From contig NZ_WTAR01000020.1 in assembly GCF_013139515.1 (NCBI RefSeq), forward strand, positions 988 through 64,987: a DNA stretch of 64,000 nt. Reading direction: 5' to 3'. This DNA comes from Lutibacter sp. (GTDB lineage Bacteria > Bacteroidota > Bacteroidia > Flavobacteriales > Flavobacteriaceae). Positions 9,263 to 19,283 of the stretch are shown piece after piece. The translations under genes and the position numbers were made by a program. How positions within the stretch are numbered: position 1 is the first letter of the stretch; every line of letters starts with the position of its first letter. The notes under the pieces are model-generated. The model worked only from the letters and a program-made list of their open reading frames with translations, was not told where the DNA came from and ran no database searches.

Positions 9263-11602
9263 CTATGTTGGTTCGTTATCTAATAATTGATTTAAAGCCA
9301 TTTCATCAGGCACTAATACTTGTCTGGCTTTGCTTCCTTCAAATTGTCCAACAATACCAGCTGCTTCTAATTGGTCAATTAATCTACCGGCTCTATTATA
9401 ACCTAATTTTAATTTTCGTTGTAACAAAGAAGCAGATCCTTGTTGCGCATGAACTATTACAAGTGCAGCATCTCTAAACAATACATCTCTTTCGCTAATA
9501 TTTATATCAAGACTTGTGCCAACTTCTTCACCGCTATATTCAGGTAATAAGTAAGCATCAGGGTAAGCTCTTTGTGAACCAATAAAATCGGTTATTTTTT
9601 CAATTTCAGGTGTATCTACAAAAGCACATTGTAAACGAATTACATCATTTCCTCCTGAAAAAAGCATATCACCTCTACCAATTAATTGGTCAGCACCTTG
9701 ACCATCAAGTATAGTTCTTGAATCTATTTTTGAGGTTACTCTAAAAGCTGCTCTTGCAGGGAAATTTGCTTTAATAATACCTGTAATTACATTTACAGAT
9801 GGACGCTGAGTTGCAACAATTAAATGAATACCAATAGCTCTTGCTAGTTGTGCTAAACGTGCAATTGGAGTTTCAATTTCTTTACCGGCGGTCATTATTA
9901 AATCAGCAAATTCATCAATAACTAATACAATGTATGGTAAAAATTTGTGTCCATCATTTGGATTTAATTTTCGAGCTTTAAATTTTACATTGTACTCTTT
10001 AATATTACGCACCATTGCTAATTTTAACAAATCATAACGTGCATCCATTTCAAGACATAATGAATTTAAAGTATTTACAACTTTTGTAGTATCTGTAATT
10101 ATTGCTTCTTCAGTATCTGGCAATTTTGCTAAATAATGACGTTCAATTTTATTGAATAATGTTAATTCAACCTTTTTAGGATCAACTAATACAAATTTAA
10201 CTTCAGCTGGGTGTTTTTTATATAATAATGAAGTTAATACAGCATTTAAACCAACCGATTTTCCTTGACCTGTTGCACCTGCCATTAATAAATGAGGCAT
10301 TTTTGCTAGGTCTATTACAAAAGTTTCGTTTGAGATTGTTTTACCTAAAGCAATAGGTAATTCCATTTCTGATTTCTGAAATTTGGTTGAAGAAATAACC
10401 GATTTCATTGAAACCATTGTAGGGTTTTTATTTGGAACTTCAATACCAATAGTACCTTTACCCGGAATTGGAGCAATAATTCTAATTCCCATTGCCGACA
10501 GCGATAAGGCAATGTCATCTTCTAAATTTTTAATTTTTGAAATTCTAATACCTGCTTCTGGAACAATTTCATATAATGTAACTGTTGGTCCAACTGTAGC
10601 TTTTATACGGTCAATCCCTATATTATAGTTATTTAAAGTTTCAACAATTCTATTTTTATGTAGTTCTAATTCTTCTTGATCTACAGAAATACTTTCGTTA
10701 TAATCTCTTAATAAATTTAGTGTTGGAAATTTATAATTACTTAACTCTAATGTTGGATCAAATTCACCAAAATCAGCTACTAATTTATCAGATAAATTTT
10801 CGTTCACATGATTTTCATCAATAATTTTATCTACATCAATTGAAACATCAATAATCTCATCTTTATCAGCAGGTATAGTTTTTAATTTAGGTTCATTAAT
10901 TATTTCTTCAGAAGGAAGTTTTGTTTCAAGTGGTAAATCAAAAGTAGCCTTTGTTTCAGTTGATGAACTTTCTTCAACACTATTAATTTCTGAAGTTTTC
11001 TTTTTTTTGAAAGAAGGTAAACTGTTTTTAATTGCTTCAGGTGTAAACTTAAAACGAATAACTAAGTAGGATGCAAATAAAAAGGTGATTGCTAAAATTA
11101 ACCCAGTTTTTCCTAAAAATTGTTGTAAATAAATATTTAATTCAAAACCAATTACTCCTGCTAATAATGAGTTTTTATGTGCAAAAAAACCAAATGTAAT
11201 TGAAAACAAAATAATTCCTAAAATACCCCAAACCCAGTTTTTTCTAACATTTTTTGCACTTCCTTTGAAAGTGATTGAAACACCCGATAAAAATAATAGA
11301 ATAGGTAAGTACAATGCAGCAATTCCAAAGTTTTTATAAATAAAAAAATGACTAATACTTGCACCAATTTTACCTAATAAATTTTTTACTGAAGTGTTTT
11401 TATCAGTAAAATTTGAAAGCTGACTTTGATCTTGTTGCCAATTAAATAAGTATGATATAAATGAGGTAAATAAGAATATAGAAAACAAGGCTATAAACAA
11501 ACCAATTATAGTTTGGGTTTGTCTACTTTCAAAAAAGGAGTTTGTTTTTTTTAAACGCTTTTTTGTTGCTGCTTTTGTAGTTGTTTTACTTTTTTTTGCC
11601 AT
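9263..11602 (-). CDS. ftsK: DNA translocase FtsK
   Basis: N-terminal 4TM, GATGQGKS Walker A, IDEFADL Walker B, gamma domain LQRKLKLGYNRAGRLID. Confidence 0.97.
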   Translation of the reverse strand: MAKKSKTTTKAATKKRLKKTNSFFESRQTQTIIGLFIALFSIFLFTSFISYLFNWQQDQSQLSNFTDKNTSVKNLLGKIGASISHFFIYKNFGIAALYLPILLFLSGVSITFKGSAKNVRKNWVWGILGIILFSITFGFFAHKNSLLAGVIGFELNIYLQQFLGKTGLILAITFLFASYLVIRFKFTPEAIKNSLPSFKKKKTSEINSVEESSSTETKATFDLPLETKLPSEEIINEPKLKTIPADKDEIIDVSIDVDKIIDENHVNENLSDKLVADFGEFDPTLELSNYKFPTLNLLRDYNESISVDQEELELHKNRIVETLNNYNIGIDRIKATVGPTVTLYEIVPEAGIRISKIKNLEDDIALSLSAMGIRIIAPIPGKGTIGIEVPNKNPTMVSMKSVISSTKFQKSEMELPIALGKTISNETFVIDLAKMPHLLMAGATGQGKSVGLNAVLTSLLYKKHPAEVKFVLVDPKKVELTLFNKIERHYLAKLPDTEEAIITDTTKVVNTLNSLCLEMDARYDLLKLAMVRNIKEYNVKFKARKLNPNDGHKFLPYIVLVIDEFADLIMTAGKEIETPIARLAQLARAIGIHLIVATQRPSVNVITGIIKANFPARAAFRVTSKIDSRTILDGQGADQLIGRGDMLFSGGNDVIRLQCAFVDTPEIEKITDFIGSQRAYPDAYLLPEYSGEEVGTSLDINISERDVLFRDAALVIVHAQQGSASLLQRKLKLGYNRAGRLIDQLEAAGIVGQFEGSKARQVLVPDEMALNQLLDNEPT

Positions 11603-11654
11603 TTACTTTAGTGTCTCACAAAAATATAAAATTTATGTGATTGAGATTAAATTC

Positions 11655-12023
11655 CTAGGTAAATTTAGGAATGTAGATAATTAAACCAATAATTACAGCA
11701 AATATTGCAGCAAAAAAGGCAGCGCCAGCAGAAATATCTTTAACTCTACCTATTTGTTTATGATAATCAGGATGAATAAAGTCGGCAAGTTTTTCAATTC
11801 CCGTATTTAATGATTCTGCTACCAAAACTAGTCCAATAGAAAAAATTTGGAACATCCATTCGGTAGCAGAAATATGCATTATAAAGCCAAAAATGGTCAT
11901 AAGAACACCAATAATAACTTGTGCAATAATACTATTTTCAGAAGTAATTAAAATCCAAAACCCTTTAGCTGCATACTTTACAGATTTAATGCGGTTCATT
12001 AAAAAATTACTTTCAGTATTCAT
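11655..12023 (-). CDS. dgkA: Diacylglycerol kinase (DgkA family)
   Basis: ESLNTGIEKLAD and KDISAGA motifs, 3 TM. Confidence 0.9.
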   Translation of the reverse strand: MNTESNFLMNRIKSVKYAAKGFWILITSENSIIAQVIIGVLMTIFGFIMHISATEWMFQIFSIGLVLVAESLNTGIEKLADFIHPDYHKQIGRVKDISAGAAFFAAIFAVIIGLIIYIPKFT

Positions 12024-12026
12024 AAG

Positions 12027-12524
12027 TTAAAGTGCTTTTAAAGCTGCTTCGTAATTAGGTTCATCAACAATTTCAGAAACTTGTTCAGTGTAAGTTACTT
12101 CTCCTTCTTCATTTAAAATTACAATTGCTCTAGAATGCAAGTTAGCTAATGGTCCATCTTTAATTGTTAATCCATAAGATTTTCCAAATTTACCTTTAGA
12201 AAAATCTGATAAAGTAATAACATTTTCTAATCCTTCAGCACCACAAAAACGAGCTTGAGCAAACGGTAAATCTCTTGAAATACACAATACTTTTGTGTTT
12301 TCTAATTTACTTGCTTCTTCATTAAATCTTCTAACTGAAGCTGCACAAGTACCTGTATCTAAACTAGGGAATATATTTAAAATTAATTTAGACCCTTTAA
12401 AATCTTTTAATTTTGCTTTTGATAAATCAGCTTTTATTAATGAGAATTTTGGAGCTTTTTTACCTAGTTTAGGTAAATTACCTACAGTTTTAAATGGATT
12501 TCCTTTTAATGTTATTTTAGCCAT
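12027..12524 (-). CDS. tpx: Thiol peroxidase Tpx
   Basis: PSLDTGTC, SRDLPFAQARFC motifs. Confidence 0.95.
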   Translation of the reverse strand: MAKITLKGNPFKTVGNLPKLGKKAPKFSLIKADLSKAKLKDFKGSKLILNIFPSLDTGTCAASVRRFNEEASKLENTKVLCISRDLPFAQARFCGAEGLENVITLSDFSKGKFGKSYGLTIKDGPLANLHSRAIVILNEEGEVTYTEQVSEIVDEPNYEAALKAL

Positions 12525-12567
12525 AATAAATTTTTATAATTATAAGTTTCAAAGTTAGGTTAAAAAC

Positions 12568-12599
12568 TAAAAACTCTCGAATTAATTCGAGAGTTTTTA
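12568..12599. terminator. Perfect 32-bp palindrome; terminator downstream of the peroxiredoxin gene
   Basis: TAAAAACTCTCGAATTAATTCGAGAGTTTTTA is self-complementary with T-tracts on both strands. Confidence 0.75.
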
Positions 12600-12618
12600 A
12601 AAATATATTTGATTTTTG

Positions 12619-13251
12619 TTAGTGTTTCGATAAATAATCAGCAACACCTTCGTGCGTTGCTTTTAATCCTTCTTTTTCTGAATTCCAGTTTGCAGGACAA
12701 GCTTCACCGTGTTCTTCAGTAAATTGTAATGCATCAACCATTCTTAAAGCTTCATCAACATTTCTGCCAAGTGGTAAGTCATTTACAATTTGGTGACGTA
12801 CAATTCCTTCTTTATCAATTAAAAATAAACCACGGTATGCAATTAATTCTCCGCTAGCTTGTAATTGATCGTTGTCATCATAAAAATAATCTCCAGCTAA
12901 AACATCATAATTTTTAGAAATAGTTTTATTAGTATCTGCAACTAATGGGTAAGTAACTCCTTGAATTCCTCCTTGTGCTTTTGGCATTTGTAACCATCCC
13001 CAGTGAGATTGTTCAGTATCTGTAGATACAGCAACCAATTGAACGTTTCTTTTTTCAAATTCTGCTATTTTTTCTTGAAATGCAAATAATTCAGTTGGGC
13101 AAACAAATGTAAAATCTTTTGGATAAAAGAATAATATAACATATTTATTTCCTTCAAATTGATCTAAAGAGTAGTTTTCAGTAAATTCTATTCCGTTTAC
13201 TACCGCTTGTGCACTAAATTTTGGTGCTTTTTTTCCAACTAATACAGCCAT
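12619..13251 (-). CDS. ahpC: 2-Cys peroxiredoxin (AhpC type)
   Basis: FYPKDFTFVCPTE and GEACPANW motifs. Confidence 0.93.
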   Translation of the reverse strand: MAVLVGKKAPKFSAQAVVNGIEFTENYSLDQFEGNKYVILFFYPKDFTFVCPTELFAFQEKIAEFEKRNVQLVAVSTDTEQSHWGWLQMPKAQGGIQGVTYPLVADTNKTISKNYDVLAGDYFYDDNDQLQASGELIAYRGLFLIDKEGIVRHQIVNDLPLGRNVDEALRMVDALQFTEEHGEACPANWNSEKEGLKATHEGVADYLSKH

Positions 13252-13437
13252 TCTTATAATTTTTTATTTATGATTATTAATTTTAATAGTACAAATGTAC
13301 ATTATTAAATAAAATTTTAAAATAATGTTAATTTTAAAATTTTATTATGAAATAGATTTTATTTATGATAAATAACTAAGGAGAGCTTTTAAACTCTTAT
13401 AATTAGTAAATTGAAGTAATAATTTTAAGGATACTTA

Positions 13438-14124
13438 TTAATAACCTTCAGACATGTTTTTAAGCGCACTTTTATCTAAAATAAGTATTTTCTTATTTAT
13501 TAAGTCAATAACACCATCTTTTTTTAAGTTAGATAATAATCTAATTGCAGATTCTGTAGCAGTACCAATTGTATTTGCAATTTCTTCTCTTGTTAAAACT
13601 ACATCAATACACCCTTCATTGTCAATCCCAAAAATCATTTCTAAAGTGATTAAAGTTTCAGCTAATCTCTCTTTTACTGGTTTTTGAGCCATTTGAGAAA
13701 CTAATGTATTTGCTTGGTTTAACTGATGAGAAATAATTTTCATAATATTTAATGAAAATTGCCCATTATCTTTAATTGTATCTATAATATCTTGTTTAGG
13801 AATAAAACAAACGTGCATATCTTCTAAAGCTGTAGCATTTAAACCAACTGGCTCGTCACTTAGTATAGATCGTTGACCTAAAATATCACCACCTTTAACA
13901 AATTTTATAATTTGTTCTTTGCCATTTGTACTAAGCTTTGTTAATTTGCCTTTTCCATCCCTAATACAATATAAACCATTAATTGCGTTACCTTCAGTCA
14001 TTAAATTTTCGCCTTTTTTAATATGAAGCGTTGTCTTATGATCTGAAAATTTCACCAATTCATCATGTGTCAAACTTTTTAAAGCATTAAAGCGCTTAAT
14101 AATACACTGTTCGCATTTCGACAT
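13438..14124 (-). CDS. Crp/Fnr family transcriptional regulator (Fnr-like)
   Basis: Likely start MSKCEQC at 14124; cNMP-binding fold; HTH TREEIANTIGTATESAIRLLS; divergent from ccoI. Confidence 0.9.
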   Translation of the reverse strand: MSKCEQCIIKRFNALKSLTHDELVKFSDHKTTLHIKKGENLMTEGNAINGLYCIRDGKGKLTKLSTNGKEQIIKFVKGGDILGQRSILSDEPVGLNATALEDMHVCFIPKQDIIDTIKDNGQFSLNIMKIISHQLNQANTLVSQMAQKPVKERLAETLITLEMIFGIDNEGCIDVVLTREEIANTIGTATESAIRLLSNLKKDGVIDLINKKILILDKSALKNMSEGY

Positions 14125-14157
14125 ACATTTAAGTTTAAAAGTAGTAGTAATTGGCAG

Positions 14158-14165
14158 CAAATGTA
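14158..14165 (-). promoter_or_regulatory. -7 promoter element of the Crp/Fnr gene
   Basis: TACATTTG on the minus strand. Confidence 0.6.
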
Positions 14166-14172
14166 CAAAAAT

Positions 14173-14190
14173 AAATGATATTTATCATTT
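14173..14190. promoter_or_regulatory. Fnr-like operator (ATGAT-N4-ATCAT)
   Basis: AAATGATA-TT-TATCATTT inverted repeat with 8-bp arms between divergent fnr and ccoI. Confidence 0.7.
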
Positions 14191-14209
14191 TCATAAAATA
14201 ATAAATGAA

Positions 14210-14217
14210 TAGTTTTG
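14210..14217 (+). promoter_or_regulatory. -7 promoter element of ccoI
   Basis: TAGTTTTG; supports the ATG at 14238 as the real start. Confidence 0.6.
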
Positions 14218-14237
14218 TCCCAAATATTAAAAGTTAT

Positions 14238-16607
14238 ATGAGTATAAAGGATTGTTATCATTGTGGGGCAGATTGTGGTAAAAAACCAATTCACTTTAAT
14301 GAAAAAGATTTTTGTTGTAATGGTTGTAAAACAGTTTTTGAAATTCTAAATACAAATGAATTAAGTTGTTATTACGATTTAGAATCTACTCCAGGAACAA
14401 TTCCAAAAGAAATTGAAGGGAAATATAATTATTTAGAAAATGAAGATATTGTTGCTAAATTATTAGAGTTTAATGATGGAAGTACATCTGTAATAGAATT
14501 TTATATTCCAAGCATACATTGTAGTTCGTGTATTTGGGTGTTAGAAAATTTGAATAAATTAAATGATGGAGTAGCAACTTCAATGGTTAATTTTCCATTA
14601 AAAACAGTTAGAGTTACTTTTAAAAATAATACAACTAATTTAAAGCAATTGGTTGAATTAATAACCTCAATAGGATATGAGCCTTATATAAGTTTAGATG
14701 ATGCTGATGCTAAAAAAAATAAAATAGATAATAAATTATTGTACCAAGTTTCAATTGCCGCTTTTGCTTTTGGAAATATTATGTTGTTATCTTTTCCAGA
14801 ATATTTTGATGTAGATGAGTTTTGGCTGGAAAAATATAAGCCATTGTTTAGATGGTTAATGTTTACAATGGCGCTTCCCGTAGTGTTTTACTCAGCCAAA
14901 GATTATTTTATTTCTGCGTATAAAGGATTGAAACATAAAATATTAAATATTGATGTTCCAATTGCTATTGGAATTTCGGTATTGTTTCTTAGAAGTACTA
15001 TAGAAATATCGTTAGACATTGGTTCAGGCTTTTTTGATAGTTTATCCGGACTTGTTTTCTTTTTATTATTAGGTAAATTTTTTCAAAAAAAGACTTACGA
15101 TTTTTTATCTTTTGAACGTGATTATAAATCGTATTTTCCAATAGCAGTTACAAGAATAGTTGATGGAATTGAAAAAAGTATTGCAGTAAAAGATATTGAA
15201 AAAGGAGACCGATTATTAATTAGAAATGAAGAATTAATACCTGTAGATAGTATTTTAATTAATGGTAATGCAGCAATTGATTATAGTTTTGTTACTGGAG
15301 AATCTGCTCCTGTAGTTAAACAATCTGGAGATAAGTTATTCGCCGGAGGAAAACAAACAGCAGGCGCTATTGAAGTTGAAGTTATTAATACCATTTCTCA
15401 AAGTTATTTAACGCAATTATGGAGTAATGATGTGTTTAATAAGAAGAATGAAGTTACAATTAAAACAATTACAGATTCAATTAGTAAATACTTTACAATA
15501 GCTATTTTATTTATAGCATTTTTTGCGGGTGTTTTTTGGTATTTTTACAATGCATCAATGGCAATTAATGTTGTTACAGCAGTACTTATTATTGCTTGCC
15601 CGTGCGCGTTGGCTTTATCTGCACCTTTTGCAATTGGAAACATGCTTCGAATTTTTGGATATAAAAAATTCTATTTAAAAAACGCTGAAACTATTGAAAA
15701 CATGTCAAAGATAAACACTATTATTTTTGATAAAACAGGTACCATAACATCTAATAGTAAAACTCAATTATTTTATAAAGGTGAAAAGATTTCTGTAGAA
15801 GAGTTATCCATAATAAAAAGTGTTTTAAGAGCATCTAATCACCCTTTAAGCAGGTCTCTTTATAAATTTATTAAAGGTGAAGCTTCTATTGAAAAACCAA
15901 CCTTTTTTGAAGAAATATTAGGGAAAGGAATTAATGCAACAATTAATAATATTGAAATAAAATTAGGATCTTCAAACTTTGTTGAATCAAATTTATTAGA
16001 AACTAATGAAACATCAATTCATATAAAAATTAATAACAATTTAAAAGGATGTTATATTTTTAAGAATAGTTATAGAGAAGGAACAAAAGAAGTTTTTCAA
16101 AGTTTAGCTGAAAAATATAATCTAGTAATCCTATCAGGTGATAATGATGGAGAGAAAGAATATTTAGAACAATTATTACCTAAAAATATTCAGTATAAAT
16201 TTAATCAAAACCCAGAGAGTAAATTAGAGTTTGTAAAAAATATTCAGCAAAAAGGTAATAAAGTAATGATGATTGGTGATGGTTTAAATGACGCAGGTGC
16301 TTTAGCACAAAGTAATGTTGGAATTGCTATTTCAGAAGATGTAAATGTGTTTTCACCAGCTTGTGACGCTATTTTAGATGCAAAACTTTTTAACAATTTA
16401 CCTAAGTTTTTAACATTGGCAACTAAAACAATTTCAATTATTAAAGCAAGTTTTGTGTTATCATTTTTTTACAATGTTATAGGCATGTACTTTGCTTTAA
16501 CAGGGCAGTTAACACCTGTTGTTGCTGCTATTTTAATGCCGTTAAGTTCAATTACAATTGTAGTTTTTGTTACAATATTAACAAACTGGATTTCCAAAAA
16601 GATTTAA
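14238..16607 (+). CDS. ccoI: Cu-type P1B-ATPase for cbb3 oxidase assembly (CcoI/FixI)
   Basis: N-terminal CYHCG/CCNGC, HMA CSSC, TGES, CPC, DKTGT, GDGLND; likely start 14238 (ORF track 14205). Confidence 0.92.
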   Translation: MSIKDCYHCGADCGKKPIHFNEKDFCCNGCKTVFEILNTNELSCYYDLESTPGTIPKEIEGKYNYLENEDIVAKLLEFNDGSTSVIEFYIPSIHCSSCIWVLENLNKLNDGVATSMVNFPLKTVRVTFKNNTTNLKQLVELITSIGYEPYISLDDADAKKNKIDNKLLYQVSIAAFAFGNIMLLSFPEYFDVDEFWLEKYKPLFRWLMFTMALPVVFYSAKDYFISAYKGLKHKILNIDVPIAIGISVLFLRSTIEISLDIGSGFFDSLSGLVFFLLLGKFFQKKTYDFLSFERDYKSYFPIAVTRIVDGIEKSIAVKDIEKGDRLLIRNEELIPVDSILINGNAAIDYSFVTGESAPVVKQSGDKLFAGGKQTAGAIEVEVINTISQSYLTQLWSNDVFNKKNEVTIKTITDSISKYFTIAILFIAFFAGVFWYFYNASMAINVVTAVLIIACPCALALSAPFAIGNMLRIFGYKKFYLKNAETIENMSKINTIIFDKTGTITSNSKTQLFYKGEKISVEELSIIKSVLRASNHPLSRSLYKFIKGEASIEKPTFFEEILGKGINATINNIEIKLGSSNFVESNLLETNETSIHIKINNNLKGCYIFKNSYREGTKEVFQSLAEKYNLVILSGDNDGEKEYLEQLLPKNIQYKFNQNPESKLEFVKNIQQKGNKVMMIGDGLNDAGALAQSNVGIAISEDVNVFSPACDAILDAKLFNNLPKFLTLATKTISIIKASFVLSFFYNVIGMYFALTGQLTPVVAAILMPLSSITIVVFVTILTNWISKKI

Positions 16608-16715
16608 TTTTTTTGCATAAAAGATAAAAAAGTCTAAATTTATGCGATATAATGATTCTTTTTTAATGAAGAAAATATATTTTTGTGCCAAATCAAAAAA
16701 AACTAGTAACTAAAA

Positions 16716-16889
16716 ATGGAGGTAGTTTACATAACAATGGGCGTTAGTATTATTGTAGCCGTTTTATTTTTCATAGCATTTATCAAATCAGTAAAATCTG
16801 GTCAGTATGAAGATACTTATACACCATCGGTTAGAATGTTATTTGATGATGAATTAGTTACAGAGAAAAAAGAAAAATCAACTAAATAA
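16716..16889 (+). CDS. ccoS: cbb3-type cytochrome oxidase assembly protein CcoS
   Basis: Manual translation MEVVYITMGVSIIVAVLFFIAFIKSVKSGQYEDTYTPSVRMLFDD... (57 aa), SGQYED motif; below ORF-track cutoff. Confidence 0.92.
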   Translation: MEVVYITMGVSIIVAVLFFIAFIKSVKSGQYEDTYTPSVRMLFDDELVTEKKEKSTK

Positions 16890-16913
16890 TAATTAATAAT
16901 TAATCAAACAAGT

Positions 16914-19082
16914 ATGGAGAAAGAACAGTTTTATTATGACAATAAAATCGTAAAAATGTTTCTTTGGGCTACAATTCTTTGGGGAGTTGTAGGTATGTTA
17001 GTAGGGCTACTAGTAGCGTTACTTTTTATTTTCCCAGGATTATTAGAATTTGCAGGTGCAGAAAATGCTATTTCATGGTTAAGTTTTGGTCGTTTACGTC
17101 CATTGCATACCAATGCAGTTATTTTTGCTTTTGTTGGAAATGGAATCTTTTTAGGAGTTTATTATTCAACACAAAGATTGCTAAAAGCAAGAATGTTTAA
17201 TGACGTTTTAAGTAGAATTCATTTTTGGGGTTGGCAAGCTATAATTGTAGCCGCTGCAATTACATTGCCATTAGGTTATAATTCTTCTAAAGAATATGCA
17301 GAATTAGAATGGCCAATTGATATTGCCGTAGTTTTAATTTGGGTTGTTTTTGGAATAAACTTAATTGGGACCATTTTAAAAAGAAGACAACGTCATATTT
17401 ATGTAGCAATATGGTTCTATATAGCTACATTAATTACAATTGCAGTTCTTTACATATTTAATAATTTAGAAATGCCAGTAACTGCATTTAAAAGTTATTC
17501 GGTATATTCAGGTGTGCAAGATGCATTAATACAATGGTGGTACGGTCACAATGCAGTAGCATTTTTCTTAACAACACCAGTTTTAGGTTTAATGTATTAT
17601 TTTGTTCCTAAAGTTGCTAATAGACCGGTTTACTCTTATAGATTATCTATCATTCACTTTTGGACATTAATTTTCTTATATATTTGGGCTGGGCCTCACC
17701 ATTTATTATATACAGCTTTACCTGAATGGGCTCAAAATTTAGGTACAGTATTTTCTATAATGTTAATTTTTCCATCTTGGGGTGGTATGATTAACGGTTT
17801 ACTTACTTTACGTGGTGCTTGGGATAAAGTTCGTGAAAACCCAGTTTTAAAGTTCTTTGTTGTGGCTATTACCGGTTATGGTATGGCAACGTTTGAAGGA
17901 CCAATGTTATCATTTAAAAATGTAAATGCAATTGGTCATTATACAGATTGGATTGTTGGTCACGTACATATTGGTGCTTTAGCTTGGAACGGGTTTATGG
18001 TTGCTGGTATTGTTTATTGGTTAGCAGAAAAATTATGGAAAACACCATTATATTCTAAAAAATTAGCCAATACACATTTTTGGTTAGGAACAATTGGTAT
18101 TTTATTTTATGCAATTCCATTATACATTGCTGGGTTTATGCAAGCATTAATGTGGAAAGATTTTAATCCTGATGGTACGTTAGTTTATGGAAACTTCTTA
18201 GAAACAGTAACTCAGGTATTACCAATGTATGCAATGCGTGCAATAGGAGGTACCTTGTATTTAACAGGTTTTATCTTATTAGCAATAAATGTTATTAAAA
18301 CTGCAAAAGCAGGCTCAACTGTTGAAGATGAATTAGCAGAAGCTATGCCGTTGAAAAAAATTAGCGGACAAAGAATTGCAGGTGAAGGATGGCATACTTG
18401 GTTAGAAAGAAGAACAGTTTTATTTACAATATTAACTACAGTTGCAATTTTAATTGGAGGTTTAGTTGAAATAGTACCATTAATATTGGTAGATTCTAAT
18501 GTAACAAAAATTGAAAGTGTAAAACCTTATACTCCATTAGAATTAGAAGGTAGAGATATATATATTCGTGAAGGTTGTAACAACTGTCACTCTCAAATGA
18601 TTCGCCCTTTCCGTTCTGAAGTTGAGCGTTATGGTGAATACTCTAAAGCAGGTGAATTTGTGTATGATTTTCCATTCTTGTGGGGGTCACGTAGAACTGG
18701 GCCAGATGTGCATAGAATTGGTGGGAAATATAACGACAACTGGCATTTTAATCATATGTTAGATCCACGTTCAACATCACCAGGTTCAATTATGCCACGT
18801 TATTCATGGTTAATTAAAGACGATTTAAACGCTTCAAATTTGGAAGATAAAATGGCTGCTTTAGCTAAATTAGGTGTTCCATATACTGATGAAGAAATTA
18901 GTGGTGCTAAAGAAAAATTAGTAGCACAGGCTAAAGAAATTGAAGGTAATTTAAGACAAGACCCTGAGTTTGTTGCAAACTATGGTTCAAGTAATATTCA
19001 AAATAAAGAGATTGTTGCTTTAATTGCTTATTTACAACGTTTAGGGACTGATATTAAAGGAAATAAAACAGCACTAAAATAA
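16914..19082 (+). CDS. ccoN: cbb3-type cytochrome c oxidase subunit I/II fusion (CcoNO)
   Basis: GRLRPLHT, WWYGHNAV, GPHH, GHVH heme/CuB ligands; C-terminal CcoO with CNNCH and RTGPD. Confidence 0.97.
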   Translation: MEKEQFYYDNKIVKMFLWATILWGVVGMLVGLLVALLFIFPGLLEFAGAENAISWLSFGRLRPLHTNAVIFAFVGNGIFLGVYYSTQRLLKARMFNDVLSRIHFWGWQAIIVAAAITLPLGYNSSKEYAELEWPIDIAVVLIWVVFGINLIGTILKRRQRHIYVAIWFYIATLITIAVLYIFNNLEMPVTAFKSYSVYSGVQDALIQWWYGHNAVAFFLTTPVLGLMYYFVPKVANRPVYSYRLSIIHFWTLIFLYIWAGPHHLLYTALPEWAQNLGTVFSIMLIFPSWGGMINGLLTLRGAWDKVRENPVLKFFVVAITGYGMATFEGPMLSFKNVNAIGHYTDWIVGHVHIGALAWNGFMVAGIVYWLAEKLWKTPLYSKKLANTHFWLGTIGILFYAIPLYIAGFMQALMWKDFNPDGTLVYGNFLETVTQVLPMYAMRAIGGTLYLTGFILLAINVIKTAKAGSTVEDELAEAMPLKKISGQRIAGEGWHTWLERRTVLFTILTTVAILIGGLVEIVPLILVDSNVTKIESVKPYTPLELEGRDIYIREGCNNCHSQMIRPFRSEVERYGEYSKAGEFVYDFPFLWGSRRTGPDVHRIGGKYNDNWHFNHMLDPRSTSPGSIMPRYSWLIKDDLNASNLEDKMAALAKLGVPYTDEEISGAKEKLVAQAKEIEGNLRQDPEFVANYGSSNIQNKEIVALIAYLQRLGTDIKGNKTALK

Positions 19083-19088
19083 GTTTGT

Positions 19089-19283
19089 ATGTTAAAATTT
19101 ATTAAACATAATTTATCAGGTATTGACGGGGTTGAAATATATCCAATAATTTCATTACTACTTTTCTTTATAGTTTTTGTAACAATGCTATACTTTGTTA
19201 TAAAGCTGCCAAAAAGTAAAATAGATATAGTAAGCCAACTGCCATTAGATACAGATAATAATAAAGAAATTAATCATGAATAA
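19089..19283 (+). CDS. ccoQ: CcoQ/FixQ small subunit
   Basis: Single TM, position between ccoNO and ccoP, C-terminal LPLD. Confidence 0.85.
   Translation: MLKFIKHNLSGIDGVEIYPIISLLLFFIVFVTMLYFVIKLPKSKIDIVSQLPLDTDNNKEINHE

Noticed and set aside
12568-12599. Perfect 32-bp palindrome as a mobile-element or recombination site
   Set aside because: Single copy, T-tailed and just downstream of ahpC; explained as a terminator
16914-19082. CcoN-CcoO fusion as a novelty
   Set aside because: Established as the usual arrangement in Bacteroidota
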